Virus record (IMG/VR): IMGVR_UViG_3300018757_000034 | Location: 1 to 53,742 of that record | Direction: 5' to 3' (one strand) | Length of the DNA: 53,742 nucleotides | Source: a virus | Lineage: Duplodnaviria > Caudoviricetes | Part shown: piece after piece, positions 1-8,615 of the stretch | Layout: every line of letters begins with the position of its first letter | Position numbering within the stretch: the stretch's first letter is position 1 | Translations under genes and position numbers: made by a program | Notes under the pieces: generated by a model | The model's input: the letters and a program-made list of their open reading frames with translations, nothing else | What the model was told of the DNA's origin: nothing | The model's database searches: none

Positions 1-13
1 GGAGGACGGAACT

Positions 14-45
14 GTGAATGAAAAGGGATTTACACTGATAGAAAT
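14..45 (+). pseudogene. comGC: 5' fragment of competence major pilin comGC, interrupted by the prophage
   Basis: RBS GGAGG (1-5), GTG at 14, reads MNEKGFTLIE, the ComGC prepilin leader and cleavage motif KG|FTLxE. The expected hydrophobic helix is absent and the frame stops at 77-79. Confidence 0.85.
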
Positions 46-64
46 AAATAGGGGTAATAACCCC

Positions 65-1597
65 TTATTTTTGTTTTGAATTACTTTTGGAGTAATGCCA
101 GGGGAAGGGGTCTTCATTAACTAACACTTTCACATCAAAGTTTAAGCCTCCCACGTTTGCTTTTAATATGATATTGTCTCTATAAACAATACCTTCAGGA
201 AAGATTTTTCCCATTAGCATAGCTCTTTCGAGAGGAGAAAAATCACTATCAAAAAAATTAATTGACTCGAAAAGTTCGCTAAGAAAATCGTAACTCCACG
301 AATCACTTTTCAATGTTTCAAGCTTCGCTTTATCTCTTTTAAGTTGTGTTTGAAGATTTTCTGTTATGTTCTTGATTTCAACCTGTTTCTTATTTAATTG
401 ATCCTTTGTTAGATGATTGTCCAAGTATAAATCAATCAGCTTTTCATTTTTGGTGGTGTGCTTCTGGATGATTTGTTCATTGTTTTTTATGTTTTGTTCA
501 AGTTGAGTAATTTCTTCCTTTTCATTTTCAAGATTTACGTATTGTTTTGCTAATTCTTTACTGGTGACAATATCTTTAATTGCTTGTATGATATTACCCT
601 CAACTCTAACTGTATTTATACTCACATCACAAACTGAACCATCAGCTAGTCTCAATTTTCGGCCATGCTTTAGATAATAACGGGGAGACTCTTTGGTTCC
701 GTGGGCAGCAAGACTAATTTTTCTTCCACATTCACCGCATACAAAATATGTTCTTCTTAAAAGGTGAAGATCATTTCTCTTCCTACTGGTAACTTTATAT
801 TGATTTCCTCTTTTATTTCTTTCTATCTGAATTTTCTCCCAAGTTTCTTTGGTTCTTAACTTGGGAAAGATATTCTCTGCAGCAATCACTTCACCATTCG
901 CAAATGTTTTTTCTTGAACACCATGATATGCTTTTGTGGTCAGCCTAGTATGTACTAGATGCTCATTCCACATAATACCGGAAGGCGTTTTTGAGATTTT
1001 ATTAAGTTCATCTGTGATGCTTCTCATTCCTAGTTGTTCTTCCAGGTATAATCGATCAATGAATGGGATTACCCAAGCCCATTCTTTTTTTAATTTATAT
1101 TGTTCTTCCTTCTTATCATAATAATATTCATATGGAGCCTGGCCCCAGCCTTTACCTTCACGCATTCTTTGGCGTTTTCCACGCATCATTCTTTTCACAA
1201 GAGCTTTCTTTTCTCTCTTGGCAATTAAATTTTTAATGTCACTAACAAATTCTTGATCTTCATCATCTAGATCTACTATAGTTCCAGGTTCAGCGATTTT
1301 GACTTTGTTTTCACGAAGAGTAGACTTTAAATATTCCCATGATATTGTATCCAGACGAGAAAGTCTATCTTGATCAATGCAGACAACGACATCAATTTTA
1401 CCTTCTTCAACAATGTCGAGAAGGGCATTTAAGCCCTTTTTATGCAGCTTCCCACCAGATTCGATATCTTGAAATTCATCCACCAATCGCCATCTTTGTT
1501 GTTCCACATATCGGTGGAGTTCAGTTGTTTGCGCTCGTAGAGAATACTTTTCTTCTTGCATCTTTGTTGAAACACGTATATAGATGGCGGCTCGCAT
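65..1597 (-). CDS. Large serine recombinase (integrase)
   Basis: N-terminal YIRVST catalytic motif, DRLSR motif, recombinase domain, CGECG zinc ribbon, coiled coil. Confidence 0.95.
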   Translation of the reverse strand: MRAAIYIRVSTKMQEEKYSLRAQTTELHRYVEQQRWRLVDEFQDIESGGKLHKKGLNALLDIVEEGKIDVVVCIDQDRLSRLDTISWEYLKSTLRENKVKIAEPGTIVDLDDEDQEFVSDIKNLIAKREKKALVKRMMRGKRQRMREGKGWGQAPYEYYYDKKEEQYKLKKEWAWVIPFIDRLYLEEQLGMRSITDELNKISKTPSGIMWNEHLVHTRLTTKAYHGVQEKTFANGEVIAAENIFPKLRTKETWEKIQIERNKRGNQYKVTSRKRNDLHLLRRTYFVCGECGRKISLAAHGTKESPRYYLKHGRKLRLADGSVCDVSINTVRVEGNIIQAIKDIVTSKELAKQYVNLENEKEEITQLEQNIKNNEQIIQKHTTKNEKLIDLYLDNHLTKDQLNKKQVEIKNITENLQTQLKRDKAKLETLKSDSWSYDFLSELFESINFFDSDFSPLERAMLMGKIFPEGIVYRDNIILKANVGGLNFDVKVLVNEDPFPWHYSKSNSKQK

Positions 1598-1646
1598 AAA
1601 ATCAACCTTTCCATAAAATTGAAATTCAAACGAATTAACCAGGTAA

Positions 1647-2732
1647 TCATCTATTTAGTACTGATGATAAAACTTCTTCATTCACTTTAGTGATATTAAG
1701 ATAGCTAGTAATAACATCTTTTGATATTTTTAAGGTGACTGGCGAAAAGCTAGAAATCATTTTCTCAAAATCTAATTTTTTTTCTATAATTATTTCGTAT
1801 TGTAGTAATTCTAAATACCGCATAATATCCATAACATTATTAGGTTCACTTATAAAAACTCCAACTAAATGAGTTAATTTAGAAAGGTAATGTGGCTCTA
1901 TAAAGACCTCATGACCAATATCCTCAGTGTTAGTAATTTTCTGCAAGATAGGTCTCATATCTCGCACAAGGTTAATTTTATTAGTTAAGCCGTTTACACC
2001 CCCATGTATATATTCTAAAACTCCTTGAGGGATAGCTGAAATATTTCTATGCATAATATAATTGCAGCATTCGAAAATAGTTCTGCAGAATAAAATTACA
2101 ATTTCCATTAGTATGAACTTATGAGTCTTATCGTTGTATTTAAAGTTTTTATAGAAATCATTTTTTTCTAACATAACTAAAAGTGTCTTTAAGTTTGTTG
2201 GATTATCATTAAACCAATATCTCACGTTTAAGTATTTATAAATCATTGAATATTCGTCAGTAAGAGAATTAATTATTTCTAATTTGTTTGTATAATATTC
2301 TTCATTAAAAAGATTTGAAATCTTCGAGGTGTTGTATATTCTTTCCATCTCAATGAGATTGTTATTGTCTATTCCATAAATATTAAGTCTATCTAGAATG
2401 ACCCTGATGTTACGAGAGATTTTATTTTTTATTAAGTATCCTTTATTAGTTCCTACATAATCCATGACGCCTTTTAACCAAAAAACTCTTTCAACCATTT
2501 TTACATTCTTTCCGGACTTACAATCACCAAGTTGTTTAATGATATAAAAATCATTATTTACTTTCTCACCGTAAACATCCATATCGGTGAGGTCATGTCT
2601 TTTAGGTAATTGTGTTTTTGCATCCAGTTCATAAGCAATTACAGGAATTTCAATTCTAGTCCAAAAACCCATTTGCCACATAATTCTTTGAAATTTTATT
2701 TTTTGTTTAAAATCCCTATCATTAAAAAACAT
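1647..2732 (-). CDS. Putative PD-(D/E)xK nuclease, candidate defence effector
   Basis: N-terminal TDMDV...GDCKSG resembles the restriction-endonuclease-fold active site; AT-rich; overlaps the upstream gene by 11 nt. Confidence 0.6.
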   Translation of the reverse strand: MFFNDRDFKQKIKFQRIMWQMGFWTRIEIPVIAYELDAKTQLPKRHDLTDMDVYGEKVNNDFYIIKQLGDCKSGKNVKMVERVFWLKGVMDYVGTNKGYLIKNKISRNIRVILDRLNIYGIDNNNLIEMERIYNTSKISNLFNEEYYTNKLEIINSLTDEYSMIYKYLNVRYWFNDNPTNLKTLLVMLEKNDFYKNFKYNDKTHKFILMEIVILFCRTIFECCNYIMHRNISAIPQGVLEYIHGGVNGLTNKINLVRDMRPILQKITNTEDIGHEVFIEPHYLSKLTHLVGVFISEPNNVMDIMRYLELLQYEIIIEKKLDFEKMISSFSPVTLKISKDVITSYLNITKVNEEVLSSVLNR

Positions 2733-4041
2733 CCGGTTCTCCTCCGTTTTGGAAAAGTTTATTTAATACACTATTTATCTCACGGTTTTGTTCAGCTGTC
2801 GTATTCAATCCAATTCTTTGTTCTAAGGTTCTACTAATGGATTTAAGGTTCCCAAGGTTAGGGATGTATCCGTTAAATTCATACTCTGTAAGAAGTTTTC
2901 TTTCTTCCCAGGCTTCCCCAATGATGCCCCTAGTCAATTCTGAGTCAAAATCTGTGTCTGTAAACAAAATTTGTTGAGCTAATTTAACAACCATTCTAGC
3001 ATAATCTGTATCGGCTAAATAAAATCTATATCTTTTATTTCCTATTTCTTCTATTCTTCCTAATCCGCAATCTCGAAGGACACCATATTGAGCTTCAATA
3101 TCACTATGAGGAGTTTCGCCAATATAACCTCGGTCTAATAATCTTTGTAAAAATAATTCAGGAGATCTTAAAGCAGATATTTTAGAAAAACTTTCCCCGT
3201 ACCTAACGGCGGCAACAACGTATCTTGCATGTTTAAGTAGTTGTTTATCGTCTACTTCTGTAAATGGGCTAAACATAAAATTAACTTTGCCGCCCGAGGC
3301 TACAATAGCAGGAGTCTGTATTAAATTATTTTTCATAATTTCTAATAATATATCATTCTTAATTAAGTTTAAATCCGTTAATGGAAATCCAGGCTTAACC
3401 TTAAGTAGTTGAAGGGCATCCTGTACTTCTTTTTCATCATATTGGGACAAGAAATTCATAATTTGACTGGAGTTTTCTTCCATGTAAATTGGTGAAAAAA
3501 TCACTTGTTCTTCAGTGTTCTGATTTGTAAAGCTATCGATGAAACCACCTTCTTTTCCTATGAATAAAAGGTTATCAATATTATTTTGGTCCAAATCAAA
3601 GTCGGTTTTAAGTTTTCTTGGAGATAAACTAAACTTACTTAATCTATCTATAATTTCAATTGTTTGTTGTTCAAATTCTTGAGGGGAGCTATGTTTCCAA
3701 AACTCTCCTAACCGTTCATAAGTGGTGTCGAATTTATCCAATAAAACCTCGATCTTACTTGGACGATTTTTACTACCTTTTATACGTATGTATCTAATAT
3801 CCTCTAGAATATTCAATATCGAAATTAGCTCTGCAAACTGAATCTTTAATTTAGATGCTAAAACAACTAATCCATCAAAATTTTCAATTACATGAATGCC
3901 TCTTAAATGGGAGGCCAAACTTGCACACTTCCCTATTAAAATTGTTTGTCTAAGGTTTAAATCAAGATAAGGATCTTGATAACCTATAAGTCCAGTTTGG
4001 ATATCAAGACTTCTAACACCGATTTGTTTATTGTTAATCAT
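2722..4041 (-). CDS. Hypothetical 439-aa protein, partner of the putative nuclease
   Basis: Long AT-rich ORF with RBS (GAAGG); no recognisable catalytic motif. Confidence 0.75.
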   Translation of the reverse strand: MINNKQIGVRSLDIQTGLIGYQDPYLDLNLRQTILIGKCASLASHLRGIHVIENFDGLVVLASKLKIQFAELISILNILEDIRYIRIKGSKNRPSKIEVLLDKFDTTYERLGEFWKHSSPQEFEQQTIEIIDRLSKFSLSPRKLKTDFDLDQNNIDNLLFIGKEGGFIDSFTNQNTEEQVIFSPIYMEENSSQIMNFLSQYDEKEVQDALQLLKVKPGFPLTDLNLIKNDILLEIMKNNLIQTPAIVASGGKVNFMFSPFTEVDDKQLLKHARYVVAAVRYGESFSKISALRSPELFLQRLLDRGYIGETPHSDIEAQYGVLRDCGLGRIEEIGNKRYRFYLADTDYARMVVKLAQQILFTDTDFDSELTRGIIGEAWEERKLLTEYEFNGYIPNLGNLKSISRTLEQRIGLNTTAEQNREINSVLNKLFQNGGEPDVF

Positions 4042-4137
4042 CTATATACCTTCTTTCATTTAAATGAATAGCTTTGACTAGGTCTATATTATCAAAAATT
4101 TTTTTAAAAATTTCTTTTTCGACAAAAAAAGACAAAG

Positions 4138-4608
4138 TTAAGTATCATTATGTAAAGGAAGATTAATACCAATATTAATTCTTTCATGAGCAAATTCATT
4201 TGTAACATTAAAAAGAGTTGCAATCTCGCTTATAGCCTTGGTTTTTAAATAATTTAATCGCTTTAACATAAATAGGGGAACACAAAATTTATAAGCGAAA
4301 ATTTTGGCTTGCATCTCTTGTAACTCAGCAAAAAGGGGAGACATAATCAATTGATTCCCCTCGTGTCTAAGAGCATGACAAAGTTCATGACCAAAATCTT
4401 GCCACTGTTCTTGAGGGGAAATCCTATTATCAAGAATAATTACTCCATCATAATAACGACTACCTATGTTTAGAAATTCCACCTTTAATCCCAATCGATG
4501 CGAGATATCTAAGAGATCCAATTCATGAGGATTTGAAATTTTCATTTCCTTGTAAAATGCCTCAATCCAATCCTCGAGATGTGTATTATGGGGGACTATA
4601 GTTTTCAT
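4138..4608 (-). CDS. ImmA/IrrE-family metallopeptidase (anti-repressor, YqaB/XkdA-like)
   Basis: FGHELCH HExxH motif plus downstream E-x-QA; adjacent to the repressor. Confidence 0.92.
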   Translation of the reverse strand: MKTIVPHNTHLEDWIEAFYKEMKISNPHELDLLDISHRLGLKVEFLNIGSRYYDGVIILDNRISPQEQWQDFGHELCHALRHEGNQLIMSPLFAELQEMQAKIFAYKFCVPLFMLKRLNYLKTKAISEIATLFNVTNEFAHERINIGINLPLHNDT

Positions 4609-4634
4609 CTGTAGTTGCCTCCTTAAAAACTAAA

Positions 4635-4648
4635 GGAATATATGTTCG
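4635..4648 (-). promoter_or_regulatory. LexA (SOS) box-like site upstream of the ImmA gene
   Basis: Minus strand CGAACATATATTCC versus Bacillus consensus CGAACRNRYGTTCG. Confidence 0.65.
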
Positions 4649-4801
4649 CATTTAAGGTAAAAAGAAAAGCCCAAAGGCTTAGTAAAAGATGTAAACGATA
4701 TACATAATAAACCAACGAAAGGATATTGTCCATATTCAGAGCGGAAATTTAAAAAAGTTCACACTCTAAAGCTCTAAATAAAACAAAGTAATATATCATT
4801 A

Positions 4802-5149
4802 TTAGTTTGTTTTATCGCGGTTTTTTATGAACTCCCAGAACTGAATTAACTCATCAATTTTTTCTTCTGGTGCGTCTTTTAGATCCTTAAAGAGCAACTG
4901 AGTTTTAGGATTTAAAAGTTCCTTCCACATATCATCGTTAGATCCCTCATGTTCTTTTCCTGTCAAGAGAAAATCAATTGAAACATCATAAAGATCTGCC
5001 AATTTTTTAGTGGTTTCATAATCAGGTTGCCGTTTTCCTGATTCATAACTAGACAACGTGTTATTTTTTACACCGATTTTTTGGGCAACAAATTTTTGTG
5101 TTAACCCCGCTTTTTCACGTAAAAATTTCAATCTATCTGCATAATTCAT
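4802..5149 (-). CDS. XRE-family prophage repressor (ImmR/SknR-like)
   Basis: HTH LREKAGLTQKFVAQKIGVKNNTLSSYESGKRQP; divergent from cro. Confidence 0.93.
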   Translation of the reverse strand: MNYADRLKFLREKAGLTQKFVAQKIGVKNNTLSSYESGKRQPDYETTKKLADLYDVSIDFLLTGKEHEGSNDDMWKELLNPKTQLLFKDLKDAPEEKIDELIQFWEFIKNRDKTN

Positions 5150-5285
5150 GAATTATTCTCACTTCCCAATATTATCGCTTTATCGATATTACGCTTTACC
5201 GTAATTTTAACATTATTTATTTCTCTATTTGAGAAAAAATAATCACAATTCGAGAAAAAAATATCACAAAACGAGAACAAAAATC

Positions 5286-5314
5286 TTTACATTCTCGTTT
5301 TGTGAACTTATAAT
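5286..5314 (+). promoter_or_regulatory. Early lytic sigma-A promoter
   Basis: TTTACA-17 nt-TATAAT with an operator filling the spacer. Confidence 0.85.
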
Positions 5315-5354
5315 AAAATTGAATTCACGAAACGAGAACTTTGGGGGTGATAAT

Positions 5355-5558
5355 TTGAAGGAGATCTTGGGTTCCCGAATAAGAGAGCTAAGAAAAGAAA
5401 AAGGGCTAACTCAGTTTTATCTTGCTATTGAGTTGGGGTATAAACACTCTTCCATTATTAGTGAGATTGAATCCGGTAAGAAAAGTCTTAATGCCGAGAA
5501 GTTGCCCACTGTTGCTAAAGCGTTAGATGTAGAGATAAACAAACTTTTTTTTGAATAA
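5355..5558 (+). CDS. Cro-like XRE HTH protein
   Basis: TTG start after GGGGTGA RBS; HTH IRELRKEKGLTQ...ISEIESGK. Confidence 0.88.
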   Translation: MKEILGSRIRELRKEKGLTQFYLAIELGYKHSSIISEIESGKKSLNAEKLPTVAKALDVEINKLFFE

Positions 5559-5606
5559 AAAGTTCTCGAATTGTGAACTCCGAAAGACTATGAAAGAGGT
5601 GATCAA

Positions 5607-5798
5607 GTGAATCAACTTCCTGTTGATCCAGAGTTTCTCAAAAAGAGAATGGCTATCCCGTCAAAAATTGCTCAGTTGTCTTACTGCGATCCAGAGAAAG
5701 CAATTAAGTATATCCGCATTTGGGGGGAACATAAAAAGCCTGTATCTGAGTTATACACTGAATTAATTAATGCACTCATTGAAACTAAAGTTGTTTAG
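5607..5798 (+). CDS. Hypothetical phage protein
   Basis: RBS GAGGTGA, GTG start, 63 aa. Confidence 0.75.
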   Translation: MNQLPVDPEFLKKRMAIPSKIAQLSYCDPEKAIKYIRIWGEHKKPVSELYTELINALIETKVV

Positions 5799-5834
5799 TA
5801 ATCCTTTCTGTTAATAGCTTATCAAAAATTAAAT

Positions 5835-6392
5835 ATGACAAAGGTAGAAAAGGAGCGATTAGTAATGCAATTTGGTAGAGCATCACAAGCTGCCAAAAAC
5901 TCAAGGAAAGACGCAAAACTAACGCAGCAGCGAATGGCGATGGAAGACGATTTATTTATGTCAAGGGAGTCTATATCCCATCAAGAAAACGGCCGGCATC
6001 GGGTTCAACCAGAGGTGACCGAGTACTTTAGTGAAAAGCATAATGATCCGTGGTCAGCTATTGAGGCAGCTTCTGAGTATTCAGGGTGGGGGCCAATTAG
6101 ATTAGATGGCCCTGCTGCTGAGGTTAATCGTATGACAGCTGCTGTACAATCAACTATTCAAATGACAGAAGCAATCGATTCTTTAAAAGAGCATATGGAA
6201 ATTTTCACGATTAAGCCTGATTCTGTTTCAGATAAAACATCTATCGAAAAAACAATTCAAGAGTGTCTTGATGTTATAACTGCACTTACTCAATTTGTTG
6301 CAGTGATCTGCAAAGAATATTCGATTAACTGGTTAAAGATGTGGAGTAAACACAAGCTTAAGCTTTTAACACGAGGATTGATTACGAAATGA
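5835..6392 (+). CDS. YqaG-like HTH protein (start may be 5865)
   Basis: HTH with SRESISHQENGR; synteny with skin; RBS AAGGAG before ATG 5865. Confidence 0.75.
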   Translation: MTKVEKERLVMQFGRASQAAKNSRKDAKLTQQRMAMEDDLFMSRESISHQENGRHRVQPEVTEYFSEKHNDPWSAIEAASEYSGWGPIRLDGPAAEVNRMTAAVQSTIQMTEAIDSLKEHMEIFTIKPDSVSDKTSIEKTIQECLDVITALTQFVAVICKEYSINWLKMWSKHKLKLLTRGLITK

Positions 6393-6718
6393 CAGCTAAT
6401 CAACTTTTTAGGTCAGATTTGAAAAGAATGGTTGCTGAAGTAATTTGTATCGAAGAATTATCAAAAATGCTAGTTAAAGCTGTACATGAAGGGGATTCAA
6501 ACAAAGCGGAACGTTTTATTGGGGATATTCAAAAATCCCATAATGAGCTTAAGAGATTAAGAGAAAACAAGCGGAAATTTCCAGATGCTATGAAGATTAT
6601 GGAACAGTCTCAATCTTCTTCAGAACTAATCGAAAAAATTGGAAAGGATGTTTTAAATGAACTTTGTTTTTACTGTCAGTGGATTAAAGAAGGTTTCGGA
6701 TGTTCGTGTGCAGTGTAG
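6389..6718 (+). CDS. YqaH-like protein (C-terminus possibly frameshift-extended)
   Basis: EELSKMLVKAVHEGD resembles the skin YqaH core; ATGA overlap with the previous gene. Confidence 0.6.
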   Translation: MTANQLFRSDLKRMVAEVICIEELSKMLVKAVHEGDSNKAERFIGDIQKSHNELKRLRENKRKFPDAMKIMEQSQSSSELIEKIGKDVLNELCFYCQWIKEGFGCSCAV

Positions 6719-6848
6719 GAAAGCGAGAGAAAATCCAGCGGGGCTATTAATGGTAGAGGCAGAAATAAAAGGATACTTAAGGAGAAAAGCAGCAAGCCAC
6801 CACGCTCACTGCTTTCGCCATAAAAACTACTGGACGAATTTATTATAA
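6657..6848 (+). CDS. Hypothetical phage protein
   Basis: RBS GAAAGGA, ATG at 6657. Confidence 0.6.
   Translation: MNFVFTVSGLKKVSDVRVQCRKARENPAGLLMVEAEIKGYLRRKAASHHAHCFRHKNYWTNLL
6784..6835 (-). ncRNA. Candidate antisense sRNA 1 (~50 nt)
   Basis: Minus-strand TTGCCG(6870-6865)-17-TATAAT(6847-6842); ends in AAAGCAG...CTGCTTTT hairpin. Confidence 0.6.
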
Positions 6849-6987
6849 AGCTTTATTTGAAAATCGGCAAGCCAGCTTGTGCTTGTCGTCATGGCTGGGG
6901 ACGTATCTATTCCATTTGTATACCCTCCATGTACCGTTCCTGGCTGTGACGATGCGCGCAAGCATCAGAAAGAAGGTGAAATTATGG

Positions 6988-7179
6988 GTGCCATTTGATT
7001 CTGTAGAGGAATTGGTACATGCCACAAAAGTTGTTGGAGAACTTCGTATGGCCATTTGTGCGGAGAAAACTAGAGCCGAGTTGTTTTCAAATGACCAAAG
7101 CAGCAAAGAGGTTCTTCAAGAAGCGTTAGACCAGATTGCTCTCGATCTTTCAGAAGCGTTAAGCAAACACAAATTGTAA
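6988..7179 (+). CDS. Hypothetical phage protein (start uncertain)
   Basis: 3' part of track ORF 6877..7179; GTG at 6988 after GAAGGTGA. Confidence 0.5.
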   Translation: MPFDSVEELVHATKVVGELRMAICAEKTRAELFSNDQSSKEVLQEALDQIALDLSEALSKHKL

Positions 7180-7191
7180 GGAGGGAGACGA

Positions 7192-7407
7192 ATGGATCAT
7201 CCAATCATCACTCAAATTGAGCGTACGGGCTATCCCGCGTCTGTTCCAAAAGAGGATGAGAAAGTCAGGGATTTCTATGGTGAAGAGGTATCGCTGGCTC
7301 ATGACGATTATGTCTTTGATAAAAATCAAGGCGAAATCATTTTTATCGATAACCTGCCGCGCTACTTAAAAGAGGAGCTTGAATTTGAATTTTATACGGG
7401 CAAATAA
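7192..7407 (+). CDS. YqaI-like protein
   Basis: MDHPIITQIERTGYP N-terminus typical of the family; strong RBS. Confidence 0.75.
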   Translation: MDHPIITQIERTGYPASVPKEDEKVRDFYGEEVSLAHDDYVFDKNQGEIIFIDNLPRYLKEELEFEFYTGK

Positions 7408-7478
7408 AAAAAGCCCACTCTGTACAAGTGGGTGGTGAAAGGGCTGATGAGGGCTCTTTCACAATACACACGATTCAT
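7406..7478 (-). ncRNA. Candidate antisense sRNA 2 (~73 nt)
   Basis: Minus-strand TTGTTT-17-TAAACT with extended TG; internal GTGAAAG...CTTTCAC hairpin; terminator CCCACT...AGTGGG plus U7. Confidence 0.6.
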
Positions 7479-7527
7479 GATGATAGTTTATCAAAATGCC
7501 TCGTGAAAAACAAGGAGGTTTCAATAC

Positions 7528-7704
7528 ATGGCAAAACCATATAGAATTATTAGTTTTAGTTCAGATCGATTTGATCAATGGAGAATCAGTGAGTCTGGCG
7601 GATGTATTTCTTTCAAAGGTAGTACACCGGTATTTGAATTTAAAACCAAAGGACAATACGAGAAATATCTCAAGCTAAATGATCGTAGGGGGATTCAACA
7701 ATGA
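7528..7704 (+). CDS. Small hypothetical protein (58 aa, MAKPYRIISF...), not in the ORF track
   Basis: AAGGAGG RBS; ATGA overlap with the next gene. Confidence 0.75.
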   Translation: MAKPYRIISFSSDRFDQWRISESGGCISFKGSTPVFEFKTKGQYEKYLKLNDRRGIQQ

Positions 7705-8615
7705 ATGGTTTATCGGCTATAAATTATGACGATTACAAGCCTACCGATACTAAAGCACAAAGCGTAACCCAACAAGCTATGATCAGCAGACAAGCTCAAG
7801 AAGTACAGGTCGGCATGTATGTAGCAAAAAACTTCCCCCGGGACACTTATCAGGCTGTTGAGCGGGTTAAAACGGCATGCCAAAGAAGGTTGCTTGCTGA
7901 AAATGCAATTTATGAATATCCTCGCGGAGGCACAAAAGTTTCAGGGCCTTCAATTAGGCTGGCAGAAGCATTAGCCCAATGTTGGGGAAACATCGATTTT
8001 GGAATTATGGAACTCGAGCAAAAGGCTGGCGAATCAACTGTTATGTCTTATGCATGGGATCTCGAAACAAACACCAGACAAACAAAAATTTTCACTGTAA
8101 AACATGAACGGTCAACCAAAAAAGGCATTCAAAAATTAACCGATTCCCGCGATGTTTATGAACATATTGCCAATCAAGGCTCTCGCCGTTTAAGAGCCTG
8201 TATTCTTGGTGTGATTCCAGGTGACATTGTAGATCTAGCAGTTGATATGTGTCAAAAAACTCTTATCAGCGGTCATAAAGAGCCTTTAGAGGACCGCCTA
8301 AGAAATGCACAAACTATGTTTAAACAAGAATTCGGAGTAACCAAAGAAATGCTTGAAGAGTATATTGGTAGCAATTTTGACGCTTTTTCCGAACATGATT
8401 ATTTGAAAATTGGCCGTGTCTACAATTCATTGCGCGATGGCATGGCTAAGAAAGAAGATTATTTCAACATCAAAACCCCTTCTGCAACTAAATCTAAGGC
8501 TGAAGAGGAATTCAAAAAGCAAAAGGAAAAAGAAAAAGCACTAAAAGCGGAGAAGGAGGGTGATCCTGCTGATGGTGACCCTACCGCAGGTGAACAAGGA
8601 GAATTACTATTCTAA
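7701..8615 (+). CDS. Putative ssDNA-annealing recombinase
   Basis: Position next to an exonuclease, size, charged disordered tail ending GELLF; family not firmly recognised. Confidence 0.55.
   Translation: MNGLSAINYDDYKPTDTKAQSVTQQAMISRQAQEVQVGMYVAKNFPRDTYQAVERVKTACQRRLLAENAIYEYPRGGTKVSGPSIRLAEALAQCWGNIDFGIMELEQKAGESTVMSYAWDLETNTRQTKIFTVKHERSTKKGIQKLTDSRDVYEHIANQGSRRLRACILGVIPGDIVDLAVDMCQKTLISGHKEPLEDRLRNAQTMFKQEFGVTKEMLEEYIGSNFDAFSEHDYLKIGRVYNSLRDGMAKKEDYFNIKTPSATKSKAEEEFKKQKEKEKALKAEKEGDPADGDPTAGEQGELLF

Larger units (their letters stand above)
5221..5577. promoter_or_regulatory. Six 15-bp operators, consensus WTCWC-N5-GWGAA, at 5221, 5242, 5263, 5292, 5324 and 5563
   Basis: ttctctatttgagaa, atcacaattcgagaa, atcacaaaacgagaa, ttctcgttttgtgaa, ttcacgaaacgagaa, ttctcgaattgtgaa. 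Confidence 0.85.

Noticed and set aside
1-1597. Being the skin element itself (sigK insertion, SpoIVCA)
   Set aside because: The left flank encodes a prepilin N-terminus, not sigK, and replication and lysis genes differ from skin.
5221-5340. Mini-CRISPR or iteron origin
   Set aside because: Short quasi-palindromes between divergent repressor and cro fit operators.
5795-5850. Fifth antisense promoter
   Set aside because: TGnTAAGCT is present on the minus strand, but the TTGTCA spacing is only 14 nt and no terminator follows.
7496-7678. 60-aa track ORF
   Set aside because: The alternative frame 7528-7704 has a strong RBS and translational coupling.
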